Positions 17,283 to 28,200 of a DNA stretch of 57,799 nucleotides are shown here, one piece after another (the stretch's first letter is position 1; each line of letters opens with the position of its first letter). The DNA is from Bacteroidia bacterium (GTDB lineage: Bacteria > Bacteroidota > Bacteroidia > 2-12-FULL-35-15): assembly GCA_049651825.1 (NCBI GenBank), contig JBASCV010000259.1, positions 1 through 57,799 of the forward strand, read 5' to 3'. Both the position numbers and the translations under genes were made by a program. Under the pieces are notes generated by a model that ran no database searches, was not told where the DNA came from, and saw only the letters and a program-made list of their open reading frames with translations.

Positions 17283-18332
17283 TTATTTTTGTTTGCTTTT
17301 TGACCCCATCAAATATTTTTTTTGATTAAAATTGTATGTTAAACCAATCATAAACCTTCCGCACATTTCAAGGTTGAAACTCGATTTTTTTTCGTAAACG
17401 GGTAGTTGAAAAGATGAGTTTATAGAAATGTTGTTATAGAAAATATCTAGTCCAACTCCTCCCGTAGCAACATTCATTGTGGTTTCTGCTTGATAAGTGT
17501 TGTTGATAAACAGTCCTTTCGTGTATTCATGATACAGTTGTATTGAGGGTATAAGCTTTAAATTTTTATCCTGACGAAACTTGTAAAACAAGTTCAAATA
17601 ATTTGTAGTGCTATTTGCTATCCGTTCGTTGTAGTAGTTGGTTCCATTTATTTTATAAGACGAATTAATACTTAGGCCAAGTTTTTTATAACCCAAAATA
17701 TAGTTTGCATAGCCCATATAATCAATACTTCCTGTGCCTGGTTGAATCAAAAAGTCATAACGCTTTTCGTTTTCATCTTTCGCATAATAGTTTCCTACAG
17801 GTAGTTTTAAACCCGCACCAATAATGAGTCGGTGTTGAAAATTTTCGGCCATTATTTTACTAACTAAATGGTAAGCGGCAAAAGCTGTAATGTCGCCAAT
17901 TCCTTTTATTTGTTGAGTGTTTTTGTTTATTCTGCTACTATTTATTATCAATGGAACTATTGCAATCAGTTCAATGCGTTTGTGGATAAAGTATTTTGCG
18001 CGCATTTCTAGCGTAGTATATATTTCATAATCGCGTTGTGTTAATGGCGTAGTGTTGTTTGTAGTATGCGTACTTCCGTGTCGTAATGTTGATGAATTGT
18101 TGAGCTTGTTTAATATTGATGTAGATTCAGTAGGTGTTGTTTTTAAATGATGCGGGAATAAATGGTTGCTTTGCCCCGAATTTCCATACCCATTAAAACT
18201 TTTGTATCTATACATTAGTGTAATTGAGCTTTGATTGTCGTACGGAGTAATTCCCATAAAACTGCCACAAACATCACACGCAATAAGTATATACGTGTTT
18301 AATAGCAATGCTATTGTGATTGTTTTTTTCAT
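17283..18332 (-). CDS. predicted outer-membrane beta-barrel protein with an N-terminal CDVCG motif
   Basis: Signal peptide MKKTITIALLLNTYILIA, then CDVCGSFMGITPYD, then alternating beta-strand-like sequence. The ATG at 18332 is preferred over the track start at 18389, which lies inside a hairpin. Confidence 0.55.
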   Translation of the reverse strand: MKKTITIALLLNTYILIACDVCGSFMGITPYDNQSSITLMYRYKSFNGYGNSGQSNHLFPHHLKTTPTESTSILNKLNNSSTLRHGSTHTTNNTTPLTQRDYEIYTTLEMRAKYFIHKRIELIAIVPLIINSSRINKNTQQIKGIGDITAFAAYHLVSKIMAENFQHRLIIGAGLKLPVGNYYAKDENEKRYDFLIQPGTGSIDYMGYANYILGYKKLGLSINSSYKINGTNYYNERIANSTTNYLNLFYKFRQDKNLKLIPSIQLYHEYTKGLFINNTYQAETTMNVATGGVGLDIFYNNISINSSFQLPVYEKKSSFNLEMCGRFMIGLTYNFNQKKYLMGSKSKQK

Positions 18333-18381
18333 TAGCAATAAAAATATACAAGTATGTAATTGTAAAAAATAAATGAACCTT

Positions 18382-18410
18382 ATTACCAATAAGGTATATT
18401 TATTGGTAAT
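18382..18410 (-). other. perfect 11-bp intercistronic hairpin
   Basis: attaccaataa (18382-18392) pairs with ttattggtaat (18400-18410) around a 7-nt loop, between the MbnP-like gene stop and the barrel gene start. Confidence 0.5.
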
Positions 18411-18440
18411 TCCGATTTACTGAAAATTAAATTAGATTTC

Positions 18441-19220
18441 TTAGTGGTGAATGTGCTCTACAGAAAACATGTCGGCATAATTATCGGCAACTGTTTTTGC
18501 ATTTGCGCCTGGCATATGTATTGTGCTTAATGTTGAAAAGCTAATATTGGTAGGTGTTGTAAACCACTCTAATAAATCAGCTTTTAAATGTATTTCAGGT
18601 GTTGCCGTTGCAGAAACTGTTGCTACTTCCGAATTAAACGAGGGTGAAACTGTTTTTAATGTTGAATTAACTCCCGAAAAACCTCCCACGTGATACATTA
18701 GCATCCCATCCATTGCTGTTGATTGAGGCGATGTTCCTTCAAATTTGGTCATAATATAACCGCTGCTCCAGCTCCAAAACATCCCATTTGCTGGGTCTAG
18801 CGCTCCCGTTTGAGCACCCGATACATTGCGAATGCTATCTACACCAATTGTAAATTGTATGCCAATATAATCACCAACAGGCACATTGTTTAACACAAAT
18901 TCTAATGATTCCATATCTTCTGCTTCTAGCAAATGATAACTTTCTGTTTCTGTATATACAGATAAATCACTTCGTGTTAATTTAATATTTGATATGTAAT
19001 AATTGAATTTACTAACGTTAAATGTATCGTTATTTGCATTCACATACATTGACGTGTTTAATACCAAGGCACTATCGCCTACCATGTTTTCAAAATGCAA
19101 TGCTACCGAACCTGTTGTTGCTGTTGGAGTGGGTTCTTCTTTGGGGTCTTTTTTACATGAAGAAATAACTGTGATTAAGCTGAATAGAGCTATAGCTGAA
19201 AATAATTTTATAGTTTTCAT
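18441..19220 (-). CDS. MbnP-like lipoprotein
   Basis: Lipoprotein signal (LITVISSC). The blocks VALHFENMVGDSALVLN, FNYYISNIKL, GDYIGIQFTIGVD and GMFWSWSSGYIMTKFEG match my recollection of the MbnP family profile. The protein ends in HIHH. Confidence 0.55.
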   Translation of the reverse strand: MKTIKLFSAIALFSLITVISSCKKDPKEEPTPTATTGSVALHFENMVGDSALVLNTSMYVNANNDTFNVSKFNYYISNIKLTRSDLSVYTETESYHLLEAEDMESLEFVLNNVPVGDYIGIQFTIGVDSIRNVSGAQTGALDPANGMFWSWSSGYIMTKFEGTSPQSTAMDGMLMYHVGGFSGVNSTLKTVSPSFNSEVATVSATATPEIHLKADLLEWFTTPTNISFSTLSTIHMPGANAKTVADNYADMFSVEHIHH

Positions 19221-19297
19221 TGTTTTCTGTTTTATAGATAAATAAAAATAAGTGTATAGGTTCTTTTATTAAAAGAGCCATTTACCAGTAATAAAAA

Positions 19298-19672
19298 TTA
19301 AACAACACTTATTGGTGGAGGGTGAAAAACAGAAAGTAAATAGGTTGAATAAGGTTTTAAAAAAGTTGAAAAATAGTGTTCTTTTTTTGCAATTAAGTGT
19401 TGTTCTGTTACGCCTAAAAGATATTCGTTAAAAAACTGATTTTCGGATTTTTCTTTAACAGTATTTTGTTGTTTTTCTTTTTTATCTTCTTTCTGGAGCT
19501 GTTTTTTTAAGTGACATTTACCATTGCAGCGCATTTTAGGTTTTGTTTTGTTTTCGCAAAACTTGGCAATAATCAATCCTTTGTTTAACTCATAATTAAT
19601 AACAACAGCAAGCTTGCTTGCCGATTGAAACAAAATAACTGAAGCTAATACTATGGCGATAAATGGTTTCAA
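19298..19672 (-). CDS. small N-terminally anchored protein with a C-x8-C-x3-C-H motif
   Basis: 124 aa. It starts at a TTG that is the only start codon available after the upstream in-frame stop. It has an N-terminal TM helix, then FCENKTKPKMRCNGKCHLKKQL, then a Lys/Glu-rich linker. Confidence 0.5.
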   Translation of the reverse strand: MKPFIAIVLASVILFQSASKLAVVINYELNKGLIIAKFCENKTKPKMRCNGKCHLKKQLQKEDKKEKQQNTVKEKSENQFFNEYLLGVTEQHLIAKKEHYFSTFLKPYSTYLLSVFHPPPISVV

Positions 19673-19796
19673 TAGAAACGTAATTTGTCTACAAAGTTAA
19701 AAACAAACACACGTTTTTGCTAATAGCATTGAGCTATTATTTTTATTATGCTATTATTTCAATAAAAATGCTTGAAAAAACGTGCTAAAAAAAGTG

Positions 19797-19804
19797 TATT
19801 TTTG
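19797..19804 (+). promoter_or_regulatory. candidate -7 promoter box for the tRNA gene
   Basis: TATTTTTG (TAnnTTTG) lies 21 nt upstream of the tRNA 5' end. A TTG at 19772-19774 sits at about the expected -33 spacing. Confidence 0.4.
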
Positions 19805-19824
19805 TATTTCTCAAGTAAAATATT

Positions 19825-19896
19825 GGCATCGTAGTTCAATGGATAGAATAGAAGTTTCCTAAACTTTTGATACAGGTTCGATTCCTGTCGAAGCCA
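19825..19896 (+). tRNA. tRNA-Arg (anticodon CCT)
   Basis: Hand-folded cloverleaf: acceptor GGCATCG/CGAAGCC, D-arm GTTC-AATGGATA-GAAT, anticodon arm GAAGT-TTCCTAA-ACTTT, variable loop TGAT, T-arm ACAGG-TTCGATT-CCTGT, discriminator A. No CCA is encoded. Confidence 0.85.
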
Positions 19897-19993
19897 CTTT
19901 TTTCGATGATTTAAATAGCCAGACTAATTTTGCCACTTTAATTCTTATTCTTAACTTCGGGTAATTAAGTTTTTAATTTTTAATATACATTCT

Positions 19994-20857
19994 ATGAAAG
20001 GAATAATTTTAGCTGGAGGTTCGGGAACCCGCTTACATCCCTTAACACTCGCTGTAAGCAAGCAGTTAATGCCCGTTTACGATAAACCAATGATATATTA
20101 TCCGCTATCGGTATTGATGATGGCAGGAATTTCTGAAATATTAATCATTTCTACACCACATGATTTGCCTCATTTTGAGCGTTTGTTGGGTGATGGTAAA
20201 AATTTAGGATGTAAATTTTCTTACGCTGTGCAAGAAGTACCTAACGGACTTGCTCAAGCTTTTGTTATTGGCGAAAAATTTATTGGCAACGATAAAGTTG
20301 CCCTCGTATTAGGCGATAATATTTTTTATGGTGCAGGCCTTGGTCGTTTGTTACAACAACACCAAAATCCTGAAGGAGGAGTGGTGTTTGCATATCACGT
20401 TTCTGACCCTGAACGCTATGGTGTTGTTGAATTTGATGCAGAAGGCAATGCGGTTTCTATTGAAGAAAAACCAAAACAACCTAAATCAAATTATGCAGTT
20501 CCTGGTTTGTATTTTTATGATAACAGTGTTATTCAAATTGCTAAAAATCTCAAACCTAGTGCCAGAGGAGAGTATGAAATTACAGATGTAAATAAACATT
20601 ACTTACAACAAGGAAAATTAAAAGTAGGTATTATGGATAGAGGCACTGCCTGGTTAGATACGGGTACATTTGCATCCTTGATGCAGGCCGGTCAGTTTGT
20701 TCAAGTAATTGAAGAGCGCCAAGGTCTTCGCATTGGTTGTATTGAAGAAGTTGCCTATCGCATGAATTTTATCAATAAAGAACAGCTAAAAACACTTGCT
20801 ACTCCATTAATGAAAAGCGGTTATGGCGATTATCTGATGAAACTTGCTGTTAGTTAG
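19994..20857 (+). CDS. rfbA: glucose-1-phosphate thymidylyltransferase
   Basis: 287 aa with the [18 protein letters not shown] nucleotidyltransferase motif and the conserved [11 protein letters not shown] and LGDNIFYG blocks. Confidence 0.9.
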   Translation: MKGIILAGGSGTRLHPLTLAVSKQLMPVYDKPMIYYPLSVLMMAGISEILIISTPHDLPHFERLLGDGKNLGCKFSYAVQEVPNGLAQAFVIGEKFIGNDKVALVLGDNIFYGAGLGRLLQQHQNPEGGVVFAYHVSDPERYGVVEFDAEGNAVSIEEKPKQPKSNYAVPGLYFYDNSVIQIAKNLKPSARGEYEITDVNKHYLQQGKLKVGIMDRGTAWLDTGTFASLMQAGQFVQVIEERQGLRIGCIEEVAYRMNFINKEQLKTLATPLMKSGYGDYLMKLAVS

Positions 20858-20993
20858 GAGTTTGTAGTTCGTTGTTAGTAGTTTTTAATTTTTAGTGTTT
20901 AGGTTTTAATAATTGATTGATTCGCAAATTAGTATAAATTAGTATTTTGTAGAGCAAACAATTAAACAGTTTAACAATATAACAACCACAACA

Positions 20994-21077
20994 GTTTCGT
21001 AGATTCGTAACCATTCGTTTATCCGTAATCAAACCGTTTCGTAAATTCGTAAAAATTAGTTTATCTGTAACCAATTG
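20994..21077. repeat. two tandem copies of a 42-bp unit rich in TTCGTAA words
   Basis: Unit 1 (20994-21035) and unit 2 (21036-21077) match at about 34 of 42 positions by hand alignment. A perfect tandem 10-mer (aaattagtat x2) lies at 20926-20945. Confidence 0.75.
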
Positions 21078-22055
21078 AACTCCATAATCCACTACCAGCA
21101 ACTGATAGAGCAAGCGCTCAAAGAAAAAAAATACGGTACTCATCCCAAAGAGCTTTATGAGCCTATGGAATACATCGTGTCCTTAGGTGGCAAGCGATTA
21201 CGACCAGTGTTAGTTTTAGCTGGTCATCAATTGTTTAGTAATACTATTGAAAATGCTATCCCTGCTGCTATTGCAATAGAGTTGTTTCACAATTTTAGCC
21301 TCATTCATGACGATATCATGGATAAAGCCCCTTTGAGAAGAAATAAAAGTACTGTACACAAAAAATGGAACGAAAATATTGCGATTCTTAGTGGTGATGC
21401 TATGCTTGTTAAAGCCTACCAAGAGCTATGCAAAACCAATTCAGAAAAGCTGCCCACGCTTCTCAATATTTTTAGCGAAACAGCAATAAAGGTGTGCGAA
21501 GGACAGCAGTTGGATATGAATTACGAAAAACAAAACAAAGTATCCATCCCCCAATACTTAAAAATGATTGAGCTTAAAACAGCTGTTTTGTTAGGTGCAA
21601 GCCTTCAAATGGGTGCTGTAATTGCTGGTGCTAGTAGCGAGGATGCGCTACATTTATATAATTTTGGAAAACACATTGGCATCGCATTTCAGCTACAAGA
21701 CGACATTTTGGATGTATATGCAAATGCCGAAAAGTTTGGAAAACAACAAGGTGGAGATATTGTATCAAACAAAAAAACATTTTTATTGTTAAAAGCGCTT
21801 GATTTAGCTGAGAATAATAGGCATTTAAAAGAAGAGTTGAATCAATGGATTCACGCGCCAGAATTTAACCCCCAAGAGAAAGTAGAAGCTGTTACCAATA
21901 TTTTCAATTTTTTGAACATTCCCCAATTGGCCCGAACCGAAATGCAACGTCTGTATAATTTGGCCCTAGATGAATACAACAAGCTTTCATCAACTGTTGG
22001 TGATAAAAATATACTACTTCAATATGCCGATAGTTTAATGGTGAGAGAGATTTAA
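21075..22055 (+). CDS. polyprenyl diphosphate synthase (trans-isoprenyl diphosphate synthase family)
   Basis: 326 aa with two Asp-rich motifs, LIHDDIMD and LQDDILD, plus the GGKRLRP block. A TTG start is inferred because no upstream in-frame ATG is available. Confidence 0.85.
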   Translation: MNSIIHYQQLIEQALKEKKYGTHPKELYEPMEYIVSLGGKRLRPVLVLAGHQLFSNTIENAIPAAIAIELFHNFSLIHDDIMDKAPLRRNKSTVHKKWNENIAILSGDAMLVKAYQELCKTNSEKLPTLLNIFSETAIKVCEGQQLDMNYEKQNKVSIPQYLKMIELKTAVLLGASLQMGAVIAGASSEDALHLYNFGKHIGIAFQLQDDILDVYANAEKFGKQQGGDIVSNKKTFLLLKALDLAENNRHLKEELNQWIHAPEFNPQEKVEAVTNIFNFLNIPQLARTEMQRLYNLALDEYNKLSSTVGDKNILLQYADSLMVREI

Positions 22056-22220
22056 TTCATCCTTATTAATTCTTTGTTTGTGTGCGTTTTAAGTGCTTTC
22101 GTCTATTGTTTATTCCTATTGCTTTTTTTGTTCTAATTGGTTATATTTGTTTGATAACCAGTAAAATAAACGTTTTTTTTCTATCGTTTTTTTATTGTAA
22201 TGCAACCAATTGAGCGTATA

Positions 22221-22246
22221 TAACATCTGTGTTTAAACAGATGTTA
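22221..22246 (+). promoter_or_regulatory. perfect 10-bp hairpin in the leader of the giant adhesin gene
   Basis: taacatctgt (22221-22230) pairs with acagatgtta (22237-22246) around a 6-nt loop. It ends 24 nt upstream of the ATG at 22271. Confidence 0.35.
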
Positions 22247-22270
22247 ATTGTTAATCACTAACAGAAAAGA

Positions 22271-25200
22271 ATGAGGGCATTTTTACTATATCTTTTCGTT
22301 TTTTTATTCCAGTTTTCCTTTGCTCAGGGTAATATGATTACTATTAATAGCACTGTACCCAGTCAGCTTACAGTTTGTAGCGAAGCAAAAACATTTACTA
22401 TTTCTATTTATAATCCATCTCCTTTTTTGCTCACTAATGATACCTTGAAGCTTACATTGCCTGTGGGTATTGAATATCAACAGGGAACGATAACTGGTAC
22501 TGGTGTTTCTGAATTAAATATTTCAGCGCCTAGCCAGCCAACATTTCTGTTGCCTAGTATTCCTACGTTAACATATTTGAATATTTCGTTTAAAGCGGCT
22601 GCAACTTGTAATGTGCTTGCATTTCTTTCTGGTGGTGGAATTCCCGAAAATAAGGTAAGGGTAAATTATACAGCAAACTCAAATTTTACCTTTGATCAAC
22701 ACACTACATCTAGTTATATTGTAAGGCAACCTAATATTTCAATATCTAATTTTACTAATCAGTCGTATGTTGGTGCTATTGGCGATACCTATAATCGTTG
22801 TGTTACCGTTACAAATGGTGGTTTTGGCGAGCTTCATCAATTCACCTTAACGGATAATCATGGATCTGGTTTAGATGTAACTGCTGTAAGTATAGGCAGT
22901 TGGTTAACCAATGGAAACAATGAAACAATTACTTTAACAGGAGCAAACTTCACTACTATAGGCGATGGAGATACTTTGTTTGAGAACGGAGAAAGCATTG
23001 TTATTTGTGAAACGGTAAATATTTTAAACTGTATTTCTGTTGGTTCTGCTTTTGAAGCTTATTGGGGGTGTAACACACAAAACTGTCAATCATCTATATC
23101 CAATGCTAATGTTGTGTTTCCTAATTTAATTCCAAATTTAGTATTTAGCCCAACTCCATCTATGAATACCTGTATGGGCAATGGCGATGCAAGCGCTCAG
23201 CAACTACGAATAATAAACAATGGTTTAGGAAATGCAGTTAATGTTCAGCTAGATATTTTTCAAACAGGAGGTGCTGGAAGCGGTTATCAAGCTAACCTAG
23301 GTTCCAATATTGATACGGCAAGTTTTACAATAAAAAATGGTATTGCTGGAACATTTACACATTTTTCACCTACTACAAGCTATGCTACTGCCCCTTTAAA
23401 TTGTATGACAAATCCTCAAGGACGCGTTTTAATAAATATTCCTTTAGTTGAGGCGGGCGATACCATTTATTTGAAATGGAACACATACACCTGTTGTTAT
23501 AATGCCTGCACTAATACCGGTGACTATGATATTAATGGTTGGAGATATAAAGGCAGTTATGAGAATATTTGTCAAAGTTCTTATGTTGTTCCAGAAGCAT
23601 GGGGAAGACAATATTCGCGTATGCGAGTTGCTGTAAACAATAATGGTTCACCATCTACACTTACCAATGGGCAAACGGGTACATTCAACTTTCTGTTTTC
23701 TATTTACGAAAATAATTTTCCAGCAGGACCAGGTGCTCATTGGAGGTTTGAAGTAACCTTGCCTCCATGTATTGTTTATGACCCTGGAACATTTCTTATT
23801 ACCCGTTCAAACGGCACCCAAACATGGGCACCAAGCTCTGTTTCTGTAACAGGAAATGTGCTTACTGCTATTTATAGTTCTACACCTCCTTGGAGTTTAT
23901 TGCAGGCTCAATTAACATTTAATGCAACCGTTGATTGTTCGGCTTGCGGTGGTGGCAGTTCTGGTACGGTTACGGTTCAACCTTCTTATATTCCCAACAA
24001 TACATGCGCATGTTCAATAGTTCCGTCTTGTCAAACCACATCGCTTAGTGTTATTTGTCCAAGTCCATGTCCGGAAGGCATGGTGTTTAGATATTTTGAG
24101 ATGAAGCGAACTAGCTATGGCTTACCAGATAATGAACCTGGTGGCGGTAATGGTGTGCCAGATGTTGGTGGAACTCTTGATTTTACTAAAATAAAAACAG
24201 ATAGAGCATTGTTTGGAGATACCATCACTTGTAGTTTTAATGGCATTGTTAAAACAAGTTTGGCCTACCCTTCTTGGCAATATTGTTATGCATATTCTTC
24301 TATTTCAAACGGTAATAGATTAACATATATTGATGCTTCATTAACTATTTATAGGGGCGGAGTTGCTATTGTTAATTGCAATACTTTTACTCCAACGGTT
24401 ACAAACAGTGGAAGTACAAGACGCTTTAATTATAATTTAAGCTTAACCGCACTTGGTGCTTGTGCTAATGGTTATATCTATTCCAATAACGATTCGGTTG
24501 TTTTTAAACCTCGTTATCGTGTAACATCTAATATTGGGAATGCTACTCCAATAAACTGTTATTCAACTAATGAATACTTTATGAGCGATATTCCTAATCC
24601 AACATTGGCAGCAAATAAATTTCAATGTGCTAACTATAATGGAAATACAACGCTTATAGGTTATTATTATACCAATCATGGTCCAGATGATTACGTTGTT
24701 CAATCTTGTAACGATATTACTATAAATCAAAATTATTATTTAAGCATTGGCCAGTGTTGTAATAATTATGCCGGTGGAAATTTGTTTCCTTTCGAATACA
24801 GGAATTGGGCACATATAAAAACCTTTACAAAAATAGTTCCTGATGGTTATAATTTTGTTTCTGCACAATTTAATCAACTCCGAACTTCGGGTACTCTTGT
24901 AACAACAACCAATCCAACGCCACCCGCTTGGCAGTCTATAACTCCCGTTAACCCTAATTCTGATACGCTTGTTTTTAACGTAGAGCAATATTTTCAGGGT
25001 TATGGTGGTACAATTCCTTTAAGTGATGATGGTTTTCATGGTACTTTGCAAGTTATTCTTCAGCCTTCGTGCGAAGTAACACCAACTATTGCTCAACCTA
25101 TAAAAGATAGTTGGTTGTTTGCACCAACATCTTATCTTACTGGTACCGGAAGTGCTTCTACAACAGTTACTGTTAATCAAGATTCTATTACTTATGAGGC

Positions 25201-28200
25201 TCCGCATTTATTTTTACAATCAACTCTACCATCTATAAACGCTCCCGATTCTTTGGTTACCTGGGAAGTAAGTATTTCTAATTTGTCAAATAATTCCAAT
25301 GCTATCAATACTTGGTTGGGTATTCCCGAAATTTCAGGAATTAGTATTGTTGAAGTTTTTGACGTAGAAAATAATATGTCAATTACTCCTGCTGGAGAAA
25401 TTTTTCAAGTAGGAACTGTTAATGCTACAGGAGTTCGTAATTTCAAAATAAAAGCAAATTTTACATCTTGCTTAAAAGATAGTATAATTGTATATAGTGG
25501 TTGGAACTGTAGCGATGGCTACCCTACTACAGTGCAAACGTATCCATGCAATCCAAAATCTATAAAATTATCATTAACTCCGTTAATGCCCGCACTTGTA
25601 GTTAATGTTACTGCACCATCAAGCACAATAGAGCTTTGTGATACTGCTGGTTACATTGTAGAAGGCGTAAATGTTCAGCTTGGTACAGCATATCAAGTAA
25701 CACTTACTGCTATTTTACCTGCAGGTGTTAGCATTGTACCTGGTAGTTCTCAAATGAGTTATCCGCTTACTAATCCATATGTAAGTATTGGTGATCCTGT
25801 TTTGGTTAGTGGTACTACTTGGCGATGGAATGTTTCGTTGGCTGATACAACTATTGGTAAGGATGGTTTGAAAGGAATTATTCAAAATACATTAAATAAG
25901 TTTAAAATTATTTTTAATGTAACCACCAATTGTGGTTACACTTCAGGAAGTACTATTGCATTTAATTTGCAAGGGATAGCAGCTTGTGGTATGCAAACTG
26001 GTCAAGAGGTTGCTCTGTCAAGCCAGTTGGGTATAACAGGTGCTACACCTCCATATACTACAGCTATAAAATTAGCAACTACCTATATTTCTCCTTGTGC
26101 CGATAATTCGGTAATGAATGTTTCCGTTAAAAATTTAGGTCCGCTTAGTTTTAGTGTTACCGACTCTATTTACTTGCAATTACCCCCTGGTGTAACTTTT
26201 GTGAATGGATCTTTTGTAGGGGCGCATAATCCACCATTATCAGGTATTCCTAATCAATATAATTTAAATAATAGCCAATATTTAGGATGGAAACTTCCAG
26301 TTGGTGTGGCTGCTGGCGATAGTTCGGTTTTTGCTTTTAGCTATAGTGGAAATCCATCGTTGTTATCTTGCGATATTAGTCAGTTTGAAGCACGCACAAC
26401 AAGCTCTACCAATGTTTTATGTACCCAATCGGGTACAAATTGCGGTATTAATATTGCCACAGGTGATACTGCATTATCAGTGTTCACTTATAAAGCCTAT
26501 TTATCGTTGAGTAACGCAAGTGCTACATCTATAGTTAATGCGCCCTCAGGAGAAACAGTTACTGTAAATATTGATATTACCAATACAGGCGAAGCTATTT
26601 CTTCTGGGGCAAATTCTATTCTTCAATTTTATTATGATGCTAACGCTGATGGAGTATATAGTAGTAACGATGTGTTTATTACGCAAGATACTTTAGTCAT
26701 TACCAATAATAGTACATTACATTACTCTCAAACATTCAATGTTCAAGCGGGTAATGCCTGTGCTATAATAGCAGCGATACAAAGTGCTTCAAATCCTTGT
26801 GTGTGCAACCCCTCACAAATTTTAATAAATCCTAAACTAAATTTGATGGGTGTGGATTCTGTTTTGTGCCACGGCAATACCCTTACAATTGGTAGCTTAC
26901 CTGTTACTGGATATTCTTATAGTTGGTTGCCAGTAACTGGTTTGAGTGCAGCAAATATTTCCAATCCAATACTCACAGCTTCTAATAATACAACTTTGCC
27001 AGTAGTTACTTCATATACTGTAACCGTAAGTCGTATGGGTTGTACTGCTAGAGATACGATAAGTATTACCGTTAATCCACTTCCTATTTCAGATGCTGGA
27101 ACGACAATTAATACTTGTGCTTATACGGGTTTTGATACAATAGGTACTTCTACTACCATCGGTTATACTTATAGTTGGTCGCCATCAAATGGATTAAGTG
27201 ATGTAACCATTGCTAATCCTTTAGTTGATATGGGAGATGCTGATACTACGCTTTATTTTGTTACAACAGGCGCTTTGGGGTGTAATAGTACTGATAGTGT
27301 TTTTGTAACAATAAATCCATTGCCTACAGCTACAATAAGTGGCTCAACCGTTGTTTGTAAAGATGCTGCTCCTCCTTTAATTTTGTTTACAGGAGCAGGA
27401 GCTACCCCTCCTTATACGTTTGTATATACAGTTAATAACGATACGAACCAGGTTACAACAGTAAATGATAACGATACGGTTTCTGTAATTGTTCCAACTA
27501 CAACTACTGATACAATTGTGTATGCTCTAATTGAAGTAAAAGAATCAAGTAGCTTACAGTGTTTTCAGTTGCAAAATTCTGTAGCAACGGTTGTTATAAA
27601 GCCACTTCCTACGGCAATTATAGCAGGTGATACAAGTGTTTGTCAGTATTCTAACACGCCTAGTATTACTTTTATTGGTGCAAATGGTACACCTCCATAT
27701 ACATTTAATTACCGAATAAATAATGGGACACCACTTTCGGTTGTTTCAACCAATGGCGATACAGCTACCGTTTGGGCTCCAACTACTGTTGCGGGCTCCT
27801 ATATATACGAGTTGTTAAGTGTTGAGGATGCAGAACCTATAAGCTGTACTCAAATTCAAAATGGCATAGCAACAGTTATTGTTAATCCTCTGCCAACAGC
27901 AACAATAACGGGAACTGTTGATGTGTGTAAAAATGATGCTGAACCAATAATCACTTTTGTTGCTTCAGGAGGAACGCCTCCTTATACCGTTTTATATAGC
28001 ATAAATTCAGTTGCTCAAATACCATTGGTTACTATTGGCGATACCGCAACAATTACAGTGCCTACAGCAGTAGCTGGTGTTTATACGTATGCGCTGATTA
28101 GTGTTATGGACAGTAGCATTACAACATGTGTAAACATGCAATCAGCAAGTGCTATTGTTACGGTAAAAGAATTGCCTACAGCAACTATTACTGCTAGCGC

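Noticed and set aside
19825-19896. The tRNA-Arg gene as an integration hotspot marking a genomic island.
   Set aside because: There is no integrase, no duplicated tRNA 3' fragment and no obvious compositional break next to it. The flanking genes are ordinary envelope genes.
20892-21143. An 83-aa minus-strand ORF across the rfbA to polyprenyl synthase spacer.
   Set aside because: Its sequence (VTNLRN... repeated) is just the translation of the 42-bp tandem repeat, and it overlaps the polyprenyl synthase start.
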